NCBI GenBank assembly: GCA_046351325.1
Contig: JAXLYR010000002.1
Coordinates: forward strand, 496,334-560,333
From: Polyangiaceae bacterium
GTDB taxonomy: Bacteria; Myxococcota_A; Polyangia; Polyangiales; Polyangiaceae
DNA length: 64,000 nucleotides
Direction of reading: 5' to 3'
Shown here: positions 28,734 through 38,881 of the stretch, in pieces
Position numbering within the stretch: position 1 is the stretch's first letter
Layout of the letters: every line of letters starts with the position of its first letter
Program-made: the position numbers and the translations under genes
The notes under the pieces: generated by a model
Database searches by the model: none
Told to the model about the DNA's origin: nothing
Seen by the model: the letters and a program-made list of their open reading frames with translations, nothing else

Positions 28734-30959
28734 TCACAACGTGACAGTAGCGGGGAGCTTCTCCACGAGTACGGACACACCGCTGAACGCGGCGTTCCCG
28801 GAGGCCCGATCAACGAGGCTGTCGTCTGTCAGATCGTTCAAGCTCGCGCCCGCGTGCCGTTCCGCGACTGACAACCGTGCAGGTGGAGCGGAGTCGCCGC
28901 GCCGACGATGGCCGAAGCCGTGCGGCAAGCTGACTACGCCCTGCATGACCTCGTCCGAGACCTCGACGGGTACCGCGAGCTCGCCGACTCGGGAGCGGAC
29001 GCGCACGCGATCGCCGGTCACCACGCCGACGCGACCAGCGTCGACTGGGTGGACGAGCAGGACGCAGCGGTCAGGCCCCTTGACGAGTGGCGGCGCGTTG
29101 TGGAGCCACGAGTTGTTGCTGCGAAGGTGGCGCCTGCCGATGAGGAGCAGCTCGTCGTTCGGTCGCGGCGCGCGTGAGGCGAGGGCGTCGAACATCTCGT
29201 GCGCCTCGCGCGTGAGCAGCGGCGGGTGCAGGGCGACCCGACGCTGCGGGGTCTTCAAGACCGCGGCGAGCCGCGGCTCGAGCGGCCCGAGATCGACGCC
29301 GTGAGGCTCGCGCGCGATGCGCTCGAGGGTGAGGCCAGGCCGTCGCCCGAGGAGGCCCGCGCCGCGTGGGCCCATCCGAATCAGGAGGTCCACGGCCCGC
29401 GCTGGCGTGAGCTCGCGCCCGAGCCGAACCACGAGCGCCCGCAGCGCTCGCGACGCAGTCCCTCGACCGAGACGCAGCCGAACCCCGAGCTCGAGGATGA
29501 TCTCCCAGTCTTGTTTCTCCGTCGGTGACTTGGGGAGCGGCGCAGCGACGAACTTCGCCGAGTTGCGCACCGCGAAGGCGTTGAGCGCCAGATCGTAGTG
29601 ATCGCGCTGCAAGGGCGAGACAGGCGGGAGGATCACGTGCGCGTGGCGCGTGGTCTCGTTCACGTACGCGTCGATGGAGACCATGAAATCGAGCTTCTCG
29701 AGGGCGCGCTCGAGCCGCGCGCCGTTCGGGCTCGAGAGCACCGGGTTGCCCGCGCTCGTGAGGAGCGCCCGCACTTGGCCCTCACCGGCGGCCTCGATTT
29801 CGTCGGCGAGCGTCGCGATCGGCAGCTCGCGCGCGACCTCGCGGAGGCCGCGAACGCGGCTCTCGAAGCGACCGTGGCCGTCGAAGCCGAGCAGGCGCAC
29901 GAGCGGCGTGAGCTCCGCCGCAGGCGAGGTGAACATCGAGCCGCCCTCGCGGTCGAGGTTGCCGGTGACCGCCGCGAGCGCGTACAGCCACCACGAGCCC
30001 ACGGTGCCGTGCTGCTGATGGCAGAGCCCCACGCGACCGTAAGCGGCCGCGCGCTCGGCGCGCGCGAAGCGGCGCGCGAGGTCGCGGATCGTGTCGGCGG
30101 GGATGCGCGTCTCCTGGGCGGCCCGCTCGGGTGGACAGCGCGCGACGAGCGCGGCGAGCTCGGTCCAGCCGTCGCAGGCGGCGCCGAGGCGCTCGGGGCG
30201 CGCGAGGCCCTCGCTGAAGATCACGTGGAGCATCGCGGCGAGGAGCAGCGGGTCGGTGTTGGGTCGGATGAAGACGTGCTCGGTCGCGAGCTCCGCCGTC
30301 TCCGTCCTGCGCGGGTCGACCACGACGACCTCGCCGCCTCGCTCGACGATGGCGCGCACGCGGCGCTTCATGTCCGGCGCGGTCAGGATGCTGCCGTTCG
30401 ACACGACGGGGTTTGCGCCGATCACGAGGAAGAAATCAGTGCGATCGACGTCGGGGACAGGCATCAGCACGGAGCTGCCGAACATGAGATCGGCGGCGAG
30501 CATGTGCGGCACCTGGTCGGCGGACGAGGCCGAGTAGACGTTGCGCGTGCCGAGCGTGCGCAGCACGACTTGCCCGTGCGTGAGGAGCCCGAGGTTGTGG
30601 GCCGACGGGTTGCCCTGGTAAATCGCAAGCGAATCGTCGCCGTATCGCGCGCGCACGGCGCGGAGCCCCGTGGCCGCGCGGTCGAGGGCCTCGTCCCAGC
30701 TCACCTCGACGAAGCGAGGCTCACCCGTCGAAGAGAGCTCGCGTACGACGGGCGCGCGCAGGCGATCGGGATCCTCGTGCAGGGCCTTCATGCCGACGAC
30801 CTTCGGACAGATGTAGCCGCGGCTCATCGGATCGTCGGGGTCGCCGCGCAGCGACAGGATCTTCGGATCGTTCGGGTCGTCGTCGGTCTCGAGCAAAACA
30901 CCGCACGCGGCCTCACAGAGCGTGCACGTCGCGCAGCGCGTCCTCGACATGCAGCGCAT
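28734..30959 (-). CDS. Molybdopterin oxidoreductase family protein (formate dehydrogenase / anaerobic dehydrogenase-like catalytic subunit)
   Basis: N-terminal 4Fe-4S Cys cluster CATCTLCEAACG…C. The length and the VIGANP segment fit MopB. The start is either 30959 or the ATG at 30950. Confidence 0.8.
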   Translation of the reverse strand: MRCMSRTRCATCTLCEAACGVLLETDDDPNDPKILSLRGDPDDPMSRGYICPKVVGMKALHEDPDRLRAPVVRELSSTGEPRFVEVSWDEALDRAATGLRAVRARYGDDSLAIYQGNPSAHNLGLLTHGQVVLRTLGTRNVYSASSADQVPHMLAADLMFGSSVLMPVPDVDRTDFFLVIGANPVVSNGSILTAPDMKRRVRAIVERGGEVVVVDPRRTETAELATEHVFIRPNTDPLLLAAMLHVIFSEGLARPERLGAACDGWTELAALVARCPPERAAQETRIPADTIRDLARRFARAERAAAYGRVGLCHQQHGTVGSWWLYALAAVTGNLDREGGSMFTSPAAELTPLVRLLGFDGHGRFESRVRGLREVARELPIATLADEIEAAGEGQVRALLTSAGNPVLSSPNGARLERALEKLDFMVSIDAYVNETTRHAHVILPPVSPLQRDHYDLALNAFAVRNSAKFVAAPLPKSPTEKQDWEIILELGVRLRLGRGTASRALRALVVRLGRELTPARAVDLLIRMGPRGAGLLGRRPGLTLERIAREPHGVDLGPLEPRLAAVLKTPQRRVALHPPLLTREAHEMFDALASRAPRPNDELLLIGRRHLRSNNSWLHNAPPLVKGPDRCVLLVHPVDAGRVGVVTGDRVRVRSRVGELAVPVEVSDEVMQGVVSLPHGFGHRRRGDSAPPARLSVAERHAGASLNDLTDDSLVDRASGNAAFSGVSVLVEKLPATVTL

Positions 30960-30977
30960 GCTACGCGAGCTCGTCGC

Positions 30978-32168
30978 TCAGCTGCGTCGCTCGAACATCG
31001 CGAACCTGCTCTCTAGGTCGCCGTTCATGAGGTCGACGTAGCGCGTGTAGCGCCGAGGGATCGCCTCGAGGAAGCCCGGGTCGGCCGTGATGACCCCGAC
31101 CGTCGAACGCGACAGGCGCGCGAGCGCCCGCCCGATCGCGCGCGTGCTCTCGGGCTCGAGGGCGATGCGCTCGCCGTACGGCGGGTTCAAGATCACCGTC
31201 GACGGCTCGTCGAGCGCGAGCTCCGCTGCGTCTTTCTCCTCGATCCTGAGCTGGACGCCGGCCCGCGCTGCGTTCTCGCGCGTAGCCTCGAGCGCGCGCG
31301 GGTCGAGGTCGCGCGCGACGACGAGGTCGCGGGTCTCTGCGAGCCCGCGCGCTCCGCGCTCGCGCGCTGCCTCGACGAGCTCGCCCCAAGCGCGACGCTC
31401 GCGCTCACCGAAGCTCCGCCATCGCTCGAAGCCGAAGCCCCTCTTTTGTACGAGGCCCGGCGCGACGCGCGCGGCGAAGAGCGCGGCCTCGATCGCGATG
31501 GTGCCCGACCCCGTCATCGGATCGACGAAGAGCTCGTCGCCGCGCCAACCCGAGAGCACGACGAGGCTCGCCGCGAGCGTCTCTTTGAGGGGGGCGGCGC
31601 GCTGATCGCCCCGATAACCCCGCATGAAGAGCGGCTCACCCGAGAGGTCGAGGTACACGGTCGCGACGTCCTTCGCGAGGTGCACGGACACGAGCACGTC
31701 GGGGTCTTCGGTGTCGACGTCGGGGCGCGCGCCGAGCTCGTCGCGCAGCCGATCGACGATCGCGTCTTTGGTCTTCAGCGCGACGTAGTGCGAGTGCGTG
31801 AGGCGGCTCGAGCGCACGCTCGCGCGCACCGCGAGCGTCGTCTCGGTCGACAGGTAAGCGCCGAGATCGATCGCGCGGACACCCTCGTAGAGCGCGACCT
31901 CGCTCGGCGCCTCGAAGTGGGCGACTTCGACGAGCACGCGCATCGCCGTGCGGAGCTCGAGGCACGCGCGGTAGCCCTCGGCGAGGGAGCCGCGAAAATG
32001 CACGCCGCCGCGATCCGCGCGCACGTCGCGGAAGCGCAGCGCGCGCAGCTCGTCGCGGAGGGCTCCCTCGGTGCCTTTCGCGGCCGTCGCGAAGAGAGCC
32101 TCACCCTCCCGAGGCTGCGTCCTTGCAGCACCGGAACCCGACCTCGTACCCGTAGTCGCTCTCGCCAT
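30978..32168 (-). CDS. THUMP-domain class I SAM-dependent RNA methyltransferase (RlmL/RlmK-like)
   Basis: LFATAAKGTEGALRDEL (THUMP N-terminus). MTase motifs VDPMTGSGTIAIEA and the NPPYG catalytic motif. The annotated ATG overlaps the 3' end of the upstream FGE-like gene by 68 nt, so the true start is uncertain. Confidence 0.8.
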   Translation of the reverse strand: MARATTGTRSGSGAARTQPREGEALFATAAKGTEGALRDELRALRFRDVRADRGGVHFRGSLAEGYRACLELRTAMRVLVEVAHFEAPSEVALYEGVRAIDLGAYLSTETTLAVRASVRSSRLTHSHYVALKTKDAIVDRLRDELGARPDVDTEDPDVLVSVHLAKDVATVYLDLSGEPLFMRGYRGDQRAAPLKETLAASLVVLSGWRGDELFVDPMTGSGTIAIEAALFAARVAPGLVQKRGFGFERWRSFGERERRAWGELVEAARERGARGLAETRDLVVARDLDPRALEATRENAARAGVQLRIEEKDAAELALDEPSTVILNPPYGERIALEPESTRAIGRALARLSRSTVGVITADPGFLEAIPRRYTRYVDLMNGDLESRFAMFERRS

Positions 32169-33063
32169 GGAACGTCGTGATGGGTCTACACCGATCCCGC
32201 ACGGGCCCCCACCATCCTCCCTTCAAACCCGCGCGCTTGGAGAAACCCTTGTTCGGGAGCGCGACCCACTCGTTGACGTTGCCGTTGAGGTCGTGGACGC
32301 CCTCGGGCGAGACGCACTCCGCCATCTTCCCGGTCTCGACGCGCTGGTCGACGACGAAGAGGGCGAGCCGACACGCGAAGTCCGCGAGGCAGGCGTCGTG
32401 TTTCGGGAAATCGTAGGTGCGCAAACGATATTTGCGATCGAACCAGCATTTCTTCGGGTCTCTGTCGAAGCCCGTGACGTGCGGCCGCATCTCCTCGCCC
32501 TCGCAGGCGAACGTGAACTCCACGTCGGTGCAGAGGCGCTTGCCGATCCCCTCGCACCTGTCCTTCGCCTCTTGCCAGCTCGTGAGGTTCCTCGGGATGA
32601 CGCCGGGCCGGTTCGGCCACTCGTAAGTGTCCATGCAAAATCGCATCGGCTCGCGCTTCGGGGAGAGGCATCGCGAGGGGCTCGCGAACCGGCGACACTG
32701 CGATTTCTCGACCACTCCGAGCGCGTGCTCGGCCGCCGCGGCGTCGGGGTCGGGCGGTGAATACGAGGTGCAGACCTGTTCGACCGCGGGGCAGTAGTCA
32801 CCCGCGACGAGCCGCATGTCCAACGGGCACGCGACGCCGGGCGCGCCGCGCTCGTTCGCGCTCGGTGCCCCGCTCGCGCTCGGCCCCACGCTCGGCCCTG
32901 TGCTCACCGAGGCAACGACGAGCGACGCCGCTCCGGTCGCGGACGCGGCGGGCGCGGAAGCGCTCGCGCTCGCCGTCGAGCTCGGGCCGCTCGACGAGGG
33001 AGCGCTGCAGGCGTGGAGCAGAGCCGCGAGCGCCGCGAAGAGCGTCGCCCTCGCGGCCCTCAT
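32101..33063 (-). CDS. Formylglycine-generating enzyme (SUMF1/FGE) family lipoprotein
   Basis: Lipobox LLHAC. FGE-domain motifs GVHDLNGNVNEWV, GGWW and GFRCC. Its stop overlaps the fadD-like gene by 4 nt. Confidence 0.8.
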   Translation of the reverse strand: MRAARATLFAALAALLHACSAPSSSGPSSTASASASAPAASATGAASLVVASVSTGPSVGPSASGAPSANERGAPGVACPLDMRLVAGDYCPAVEQVCTSYSPPDPDAAAAEHALGVVEKSQCRRFASPSRCLSPKREPMRFCMDTYEWPNRPGVIPRNLTSWQEAKDRCEGIGKRLCTDVEFTFACEGEEMRPHVTGFDRDPKKCWFDRKYRLRTYDFPKHDACLADFACRLALFVVDQRVETGKMAECVSPEGVHDLNGNVNEWVALPNKGFSKRAGLKGGWWGPVRDRCRPITTFHGESDYGYEVGFRCCKDAASGG

Positions 33064-34841
33064 CCCTCAGTGTATTGCGCGTCGATCTGCGCGCCGTAGC
33101 GCTGCACGGCGACGCGACGCTTGAGCTTCAGGCTCGGCGTGAGAAGGCCGTTCTCCACGGTGAAATCCTCGGGGACGATGACGACCTTTTTGATGTCCTC
33201 GAAGCCCTTGAACTCCTTCGCGTACTTGTCGACCTCGCTCTTCATGTGCTCGACGACGCGCGCGTCCTGGATCAGGGCCTCGGGCGACGAGGTCGTGATG
33301 CCGTGTTGCTCGGCCCAAACCTTCAGGTTCGGCAGGTCGGGCGCGACGACGACGATGTTGAACGCGCGGTTGTCGCCATAGACCATGCAGTTCGCGATGA
33401 ACGGCGAGAGCTTCAGCTTCTCCTCGAGGGGGGCGGGCGCGACGTACTTGCCGTTCGCGAGCTTGTAGAGCTCCTTCAACCGGCCGGTGATGTAGAGGAA
33501 ACCCTCGCCGTCGACGTAGCCGAGATCCCCGCTCCTGAAGCCGCCGTCGTCGGTGAAGACGGCCTTCGTCTCGGTCTCGAGCTTGTAGTAGCCCTGCATC
33601 ACGTTGGGGCCCGAGATCACGATCTCCCCGTCCTTCGAGTCGGGCGAGGTCTGCGACTTGTCGATGGTGATCTTCACGTCCTTGATGGCCTTGCCGACGC
33701 TGCCGATGCGGTGCGCGCCAGGGCGATTCGCGGTCGCGATCGGGCTCGTCTCGGTGAGGCCGTAGCCCTCGAACACCGTGATGCCGATGTTGTCGATGAA
33801 CTCGGCGACCTCGCGCGAGAGCGCCGCGCCCCCGGAGAACGCGTACTTGAGCCTGCCACCGAGGCGCGCGACGACCTTCGAGAAGACGACCTTCTTCGCG
33901 ATGGGGTACGAGAGCGACTCGAAGAACGTGGGCGTCTCACCGCGACGTCGCTTGTTCGCGCAGCTGAGCGCCGCCGCGACCATCTTCTGGACGAAGGCAG
34001 GGCGCGACGCGATCTGCTTGTTCACGTTGTCGTAGACGCGGTTGAAGATGCGCGGGACGGAGAAAAGCAGGGTGGGGTGAACCTCGCTGAGGTTGTCGAT
34101 GATCTTGTCGACGGCCTCGGCGAGGGCGATGCTCGCGCCGCGCGAGAGCATGCTGTGCAGCTCGCACGTGTGCCCGAACGAGTGCGCCCACGGCAAGAAC
34201 GAGAGGCTGCGATCGTCGGTGCCGATCGGCAGCATTTCTTGAACGGCGTTCACGTTCGAGATGATGTTGCCGTGCGAGAGGATGACGCCCTTCGGGTTGC
34301 CGGTCGTGCCCGAGGTGTAGATGAGACACGACGTGTCCTTCGGCTCGGGGTCGATGCTCTTCACCGGGCTCTCGCGACCCTTCGCGCGCAGGGCGCCGAA
34401 GCTCTCCGGGTCGCTGTCCGGCAGATCCATCCCGATGATGTTCTGCACGGTCGGGACGGCCTCTTTCAGCTTCTTGCAGCCCTCGTAGGCCTTGGGTGTG
34501 CCGGCGACGAGCATCACCGCGCCGCAGTCGTTCACGATGTACTGCCACTCGCTCGGCTTCACGGCCTCGTACATGGGGACGAGCGCTGCGCCGAGGCCGT
34601 AGCAGGCGTACGCGAGCACGGCCCACTCGAGGCGGTTGTTCGCGACGACCGCGACGTTGTCCCCGCGCTTCACCCCGAGCGCCGCGAGGCCGCCGCGCAC
34701 CTCATCGACCATCTTGCCGACCTCGGTGAACGACGTCCAATGCCAGACGCCGTTCTTCTTCGTACCGAAGAGCGGAGAGCTGCCGTACTTCTTCACGGAC
34801 TGCTCGAACATGTCGACGAGGTTCTTGAACGGCTCGGCCAT
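33060..34841 (-). CDS. fadD: Long-chain fatty-acid--CoA ligase (AMP-binding, FadD-type)
   Basis: AMP-binding box IYTSGTTGNPKGV. EGYGLTE and the C-terminal …LTPSLKLKRR are typical of FadD/FACS. Confidence 0.9.
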   Translation of the reverse strand: MAEPFKNLVDMFEQSVKKYGSSPLFGTKKNGVWHWTSFTEVGKMVDEVRGGLAALGVKRGDNVAVVANNRLEWAVLAYACYGLGAALVPMYEAVKPSEWQYIVNDCGAVMLVAGTPKAYEGCKKLKEAVPTVQNIIGMDLPDSDPESFGALRAKGRESPVKSIDPEPKDTSCLIYTSGTTGNPKGVILSHGNIISNVNAVQEMLPIGTDDRSLSFLPWAHSFGHTCELHSMLSRGASIALAEAVDKIIDNLSEVHPTLLFSVPRIFNRVYDNVNKQIASRPAFVQKMVAAALSCANKRRRGETPTFFESLSYPIAKKVVFSKVVARLGGRLKYAFSGGAALSREVAEFIDNIGITVFEGYGLTETSPIATANRPGAHRIGSVGKAIKDVKITIDKSQTSPDSKDGEIVISGPNVMQGYYKLETETKAVFTDDGGFRSGDLGYVDGEGFLYITGRLKELYKLANGKYVAPAPLEEKLKLSPFIANCMVYGDNRAFNIVVVAPDLPNLKVWAEQHGITTSSPEALIQDARVVEHMKSEVDKYAKEFKGFEDIKKVVIVPEDFTVENGLLTPSLKLKRRVAVQRYGAQIDAQYTEG

Positions 34842-35033
34842 CGTTGTTCTCCCGGGGTTCTTCCTGGACTGAGCGTCCGGCGTCCAACGGGCGCACCCGA
34901 GAAGGGAGCTCGCCCGCGTGTCGGTGAAGCGGGCCGATTTCTATCAGCCTCTTTCCCCCGGCGCGACAGTCGAACGCCCGCCTGTCGATGATTCTTGCAA
35001 ACTTCCGCGCGCGACGATTGTCCAACGCCGAAC

Positions 35034-37994
35034 ATGCGATCTCCGTCCATGACGAACGCCTTGCGTCTCTCTCGAAGCGCGGCCTCCGTCGCGCTGGTCC
35101 TCGCCGCAGCGCTCACGCCCCTCGGGTGCGACCCCGCGCCGCCCGAGCCCCGCGTCCCTGACTCGAGCACGCCGGAGAGCAAGGCATTCCCCAGGCTGAA
35201 GGGCGCTCCCGACCGCCCGACCTACGGCTTCGTGGGGCGCGGCTCGGAGAGCGTCCGCGTTCGTCGTGAGGTCGTGGCCGCGACGGTCGCGCAGCCGGTC
35301 GCCTGGGCGACGACCGAGATCACCGTGACCAACGAGGGCGCGGAGAGCGCCGACGGCATGCTCGAGGCTTCGCTCGCGGGGTCGACGTTCGCGGTGGAGG
35401 CCTCGCTCTGCGCGGACCGCGCGCCCTGTGCGGTGTCCGCTTCGGCGCGCGACGTGCCCGTCTCCGTCAGCGAAATTCCAGGGCGAGCGCGCGCGCTCAC
35501 CGTCCATGTGGGCAATGTCCACATCGAGCCCGGCAAGACCGTGACGCTCGCGCTTCGCTACGCGGCGACGTTCGCGGACGGCTCGCTCACGTTCGGCGCG
35601 GCCGACGTGGCCGAGCGGCAGGTCGAGGTCGTCGACGAGCAGGGCGCGCGCGTCGGCGCTGGACCGAGCGTCGCGGTGGACGCTCGCGACGGCGCGTCGT
35701 TCGACGCCGGCCTCGTGAAGTTCGAGACGCGCGCCGTCGACGCCGGCCCCACTGCGCCGCCGCCCGAGGGCGCGCTCGTGCTGCTCGACACGAGCGCCGC
35801 GCGAGCCCACGACCTCGACGCCGAGCTGCGGGCGCTGCTCGCCGTCCGCGACGAGCTCGGCAACGCGCGCCTCGTCGTCGCTGCGTACGACCAGACGGTC
35901 GACGCTCTCTACGACGGCCCCGCGGCCGGCCTCGGGCCGCGCGTCGCGGAGGCGCTCGCGGCCCGCGCCGCGCTCGGCGCTGCCGACCCAATCGGAGCGC
36001 TGCGCTGGGCCTATGACAAGGTAAAAGCTACGCAAGTGAACGCCGACGGGACGGTCGCGAGCAGCCCTGTGGCGATCACGAGGGTCCTCGTCGTCACGGA
36101 CGGCGTCCGATGGTCCACGGAGTCCGAGAAATCACGGCGCGCCATCGCGTCGCTCGGTGCGAGCGCGCCGGTTCGGGTGGACGTCGTGCTGCCCGCCGGG
36201 CACGCGCACGTCGCGAGCGTCGCGGCGATCACCGAGCTCGGCGGTGAAGCTGGCCTCGTCGCGCCCCTCTACGATCCCAGCGCGGTCGCTGCGCTCCTCC
36301 GTTCGAGCCGCCCCACCTTGCCCGAGGTCGGCGTCGCCGGCTGGCCGGCGCTGCCGCGTCTCCTGCCGAAGGGCCGCGCGGTCCTCGCGTTCTCCAAGGA
36401 CGACGGCAAGGCTCGCGCGGACGTTCCCGCGTGGGTCGTCCGCAGCTTGCTCCACCCCGACGATCAAGCTCGATCGGCGAGCTTCGCGACCGCGCTCGCC
36501 GGTGAGGCTCGGCCTTTCCCGGACATGACGAAGGTCACCGTCGACATCGATCCGCTCGACGATTCGCTCGAGAAGAAGCCGGCGACGAAGGACGATCGAA
36601 GCCCGACGGTCACCGCGAGCAGCCCACCGCCGAACGACCCTCTCGCCCCGACGAGCAGCGACGATCCGCCAGCACCAGCGGCGGAGGCAGGGCGTCTGCC
36701 TGCAGAGACGATCCGCGACATCGTGCACAAGAACTTCGGTCGGTTCCGCGGCTGTTATCGCGACGCGCTCCGCCGCAGCGCGAAGGCCGCCGGCCGCATC
36801 GTCGTCAAGTTCGACATCGACGTCACCGGGGCCGTGCTCAACGCCCGCGCCGTCGAGGCAGAGACCAAAGACACGACGTTCATCGCGTGCACCGTGGGCG
36901 CGTTCATCGACATCGGGTTCCCGGCGAGCCCGACGCGCGTCACCGTCTCGTATCCCATCCAATTCAAGCAGGGCGACGCCGACGGCAAGGACGCGCCTGC
37001 CGCCGCGACGAAGCCCAACACGGCAGCGCCGACGCCAGCTCTCGCGCAGGCCCCGAAGGATCCGTGGCAGGGTGAAATGAAGCGGCTCTTCGAGGCTGCG
37101 CAGCGTGGTGATCTGCAGCTCCCGCTCGCGGACCCCGCCGTCGCGACCGACGCTGTCGAGCTGCTCCTGCAAGGAGATTTGCTCGCCGCCAAAGGGGACA
37201 CACAGCGCGCGGCTCGCGCCTACGGCACGCTCGTCGCGCTCGGCGGTGAGCCCGAGGTCATGCGAGCGGTCGCGGGGCGCCTGTCGGGGACACGCGTCGC
37301 GGGCTCGACCGCGCTCGCTGGCGCTGCGCTCGAGGCCGCGCTCGATCGCGGCTTCGATCCGATCACCGCGCGCGAGCTCGCCCTCGTGCGGGCGGAGGAG
37401 GGCGATCTCGCGACCGCGCTCCGGCTGCTCGACGCGACCCTCTCACGCGGCATCTCGCCCGTGGATTTCCCCGGCCTGGGAGAGCTCGTGCGCCACGATC
37501 TCGGGGCGCTCGCCGCGACGCTCGTCGCGCGCGATCCGTCGCGCAAGCGCGAGCTCGAGCGATGGCTCGCGGACGTCGGGGTCTCGTTCGCGGAGGGGCC
37601 TAGCCTCGCCGTCTCGGCGTCATGGGACTCGCTCCTCGGCGCCGGCGAGCTCGATCTCTCGGTCGCGGACGTCGGGCTCTCGCGCGCACAGAAGGGCGCG
37701 CCCGCGCTCGGGTCGGGTGGTCGCCTCCTCGCCGACTGTCGGCGCTCGAGCGGGGTCGAGGCCTTCGTGCTCGAGCAAGCGAGCGATCGCCGCGCCTATC
37801 CTTATACGTTGTTCTTGGATCTCGTCCCGCCGAAGACGAGCGCGGCGGGCTCGTCGAGCCCGACGATCGTCGGCAACGTCGAGGCGCTCGATGTCGACGG
37901 TAGCGGAGGGCTCGTCGTCAGCCGCATCCCGTTCATGCTCAACGTCCCCGGCGGCCGCCTCGAGCTCGGCAAGCTCGAGCGCCCGAAGCACTGA
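35034..37994 (+). CDS. Large secreted lipoprotein with VIT/VWA-like region and a C-terminal AgmX/PglI-type (TonB-C-like) domain
   Basis: Lipobox TPLGC. VWA-like LVLLDTSAA…VLVVTDG. C-terminal NFGRFRGCYRD…GRIVVKFDIDVTGAV…FIACTV…RVTVSYPIQF, followed by a TPR-like tail. Confidence 0.75.
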   Translation: MRSPSMTNALRLSRSAASVALVLAAALTPLGCDPAPPEPRVPDSSTPESKAFPRLKGAPDRPTYGFVGRGSESVRVRREVVAATVAQPVAWATTEITVTNEGAESADGMLEASLAGSTFAVEASLCADRAPCAVSASARDVPVSVSEIPGRARALTVHVGNVHIEPGKTVTLALRYAATFADGSLTFGAADVAERQVEVVDEQGARVGAGPSVAVDARDGASFDAGLVKFETRAVDAGPTAPPPEGALVLLDTSAARAHDLDAELRALLAVRDELGNARLVVAAYDQTVDALYDGPAAGLGPRVAEALAARAALGAADPIGALRWAYDKVKATQVNADGTVASSPVAITRVLVVTDGVRWSTESEKSRRAIASLGASAPVRVDVVLPAGHAHVASVAAITELGGEAGLVAPLYDPSAVAALLRSSRPTLPEVGVAGWPALPRLLPKGRAVLAFSKDDGKARADVPAWVVRSLLHPDDQARSASFATALAGEARPFPDMTKVTVDIDPLDDSLEKKPATKDDRSPTVTASSPPPNDPLAPTSSDDPPAPAAEAGRLPAETIRDIVHKNFGRFRGCYRDALRRSAKAAGRIVVKFDIDVTGAVLNARAVEAETKDTTFIACTVGAFIDIGFPASPTRVTVSYPIQFKQGDADGKDAPAAATKPNTAAPTPALAQAPKDPWQGEMKRLFEAAQRGDLQLPLADPAVATDAVELLLQGDLLAAKGDTQRAARAYGTLVALGGEPEVMRAVAGRLSGTRVAGSTALAGAALEAALDRGFDPITARELALVRAEEGDLATALRLLDATLSRGISPVDFPGLGELVRHDLGALAATLVARDPSRKRELERWLADVGVSFAEGPSLAVSASWDSLLGAGELDLSVADVGLSRAQKGAPALGSGGRLLADCRRSSGVEAFVLEQASDRRAYPYTLFLDLVPPKTSAAGSSSPTIVGNVEALDVDGSGGLVVSRIPFMLNVPGGRLELGKLERPKH

Positions 37995-38177
37995 AATCCC
38001 AGGCTGCGCGAGTCTTGCTCAGCTGCGCTGGGTGGTGGGCGCGCAGCCTTGCGCAAGCGTCCTCGTCAGGCACGCGTGTTCGCGCAAATCAGGCTTCGCA
38101 GGCGCGGGCACGCCGCCTGCTGAGGTGCCTCTCCACGAGGCGGCAAGAGAGCCGCCGATTCTTTGGAGGGCAAAGCA

Positions 38178-38789
38178 ATGCGAAGCGTCGGTCGTTGGAT
38201 GAGTGTGTTGGCCATGGTCGCTGTCCCCGTGTTCGCGGTCGGCTGCGGGGGGAGTCGCCAAGAGGCGAAGTCGGCGCAGACATCCAAGAAGAAGGTGGAA
38301 GGCAAGCCGCAAAAGGCGAAGGAGGTCGAGGCCGATCAAGCGATGGAGGAGAAGGTCAAGGAGAAGAAGAAGGTCGCCGAGTATCAGCGGATCACGATCA
38401 AAGAGGACGAGGTCGATCTCAACCCCGGCGTCAGCATCGGCTTCGCCGCGAACGCCGACACGTTCAGCGGCGACGAGACCTACGAGATCCTTTGGGAGAT
38501 CTACAGCGCGATGGTCGATAACCCCGAGATCCGCCTCCGCGTCGAGGGCAACACCGACAACTCGGGCGGTCGCGATCAGAACCTCGATCTGTCGGCGCGA
38601 CGCGCGCTGCGCGTGTTCGACTTCCTCGTGGAGGCCGGCATCGACTCGAGCCGTCTCGACTTTGTCGGATGCGGCCCGGACAACCCAATCATCGACAACG
38701 ACACGCCGAACAACCGCGCGATCAATCGGCGCGTCGACTTCATCATCATGAAGGACACCGCGATCGTCTGCGGCGGCGTCTACAACTAG
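38178..38789 (+). CDS. OmpA-family lipoprotein (Pal-like)
   Basis: GGAGGG precedes the ATG. Lipobox FAVGC and a Lys-rich linker. OmpA-C motifs NTDNSG…NLDLSARRAL…NRRVDF. Confidence 0.85.
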   Translation: MRSVGRWMSVLAMVAVPVFAVGCGGSRQEAKSAQTSKKKVEGKPQKAKEVEADQAMEEKVKEKKKVAEYQRITIKEDEVDLNPGVSIGFAANADTFSGDETYEILWEIYSAMVDNPEIRLRVEGNTDNSGGRDQNLDLSARRALRVFDFLVEAGIDSSRLDFVGCGPDNPIIDNDTPNNRAINRRVDFIIMKDTAIVCGGVYN

Positions 38790-38881
38790 AACTCGCCGGC
38801 GCGCTCCGCATCGTTTGCGCTGAGCCTCGAGCCTCCTTTTTGCGACACAGGACGCTCTTGGCTGGGTCTAGACTGTGCGCG

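Noticed and set aside
33060-34841. FadD-type ligase as the missing 4-coumarate-CoA ligase for the PYP chromophore
   Set aside because: Sequence is of the long-chain fatty-acyl-CoA synthetase type (FACS C-terminus) and lies 23 kb from the PYP gene with unrelated genes between. No tyrosine ammonia-lyase is present in the window.
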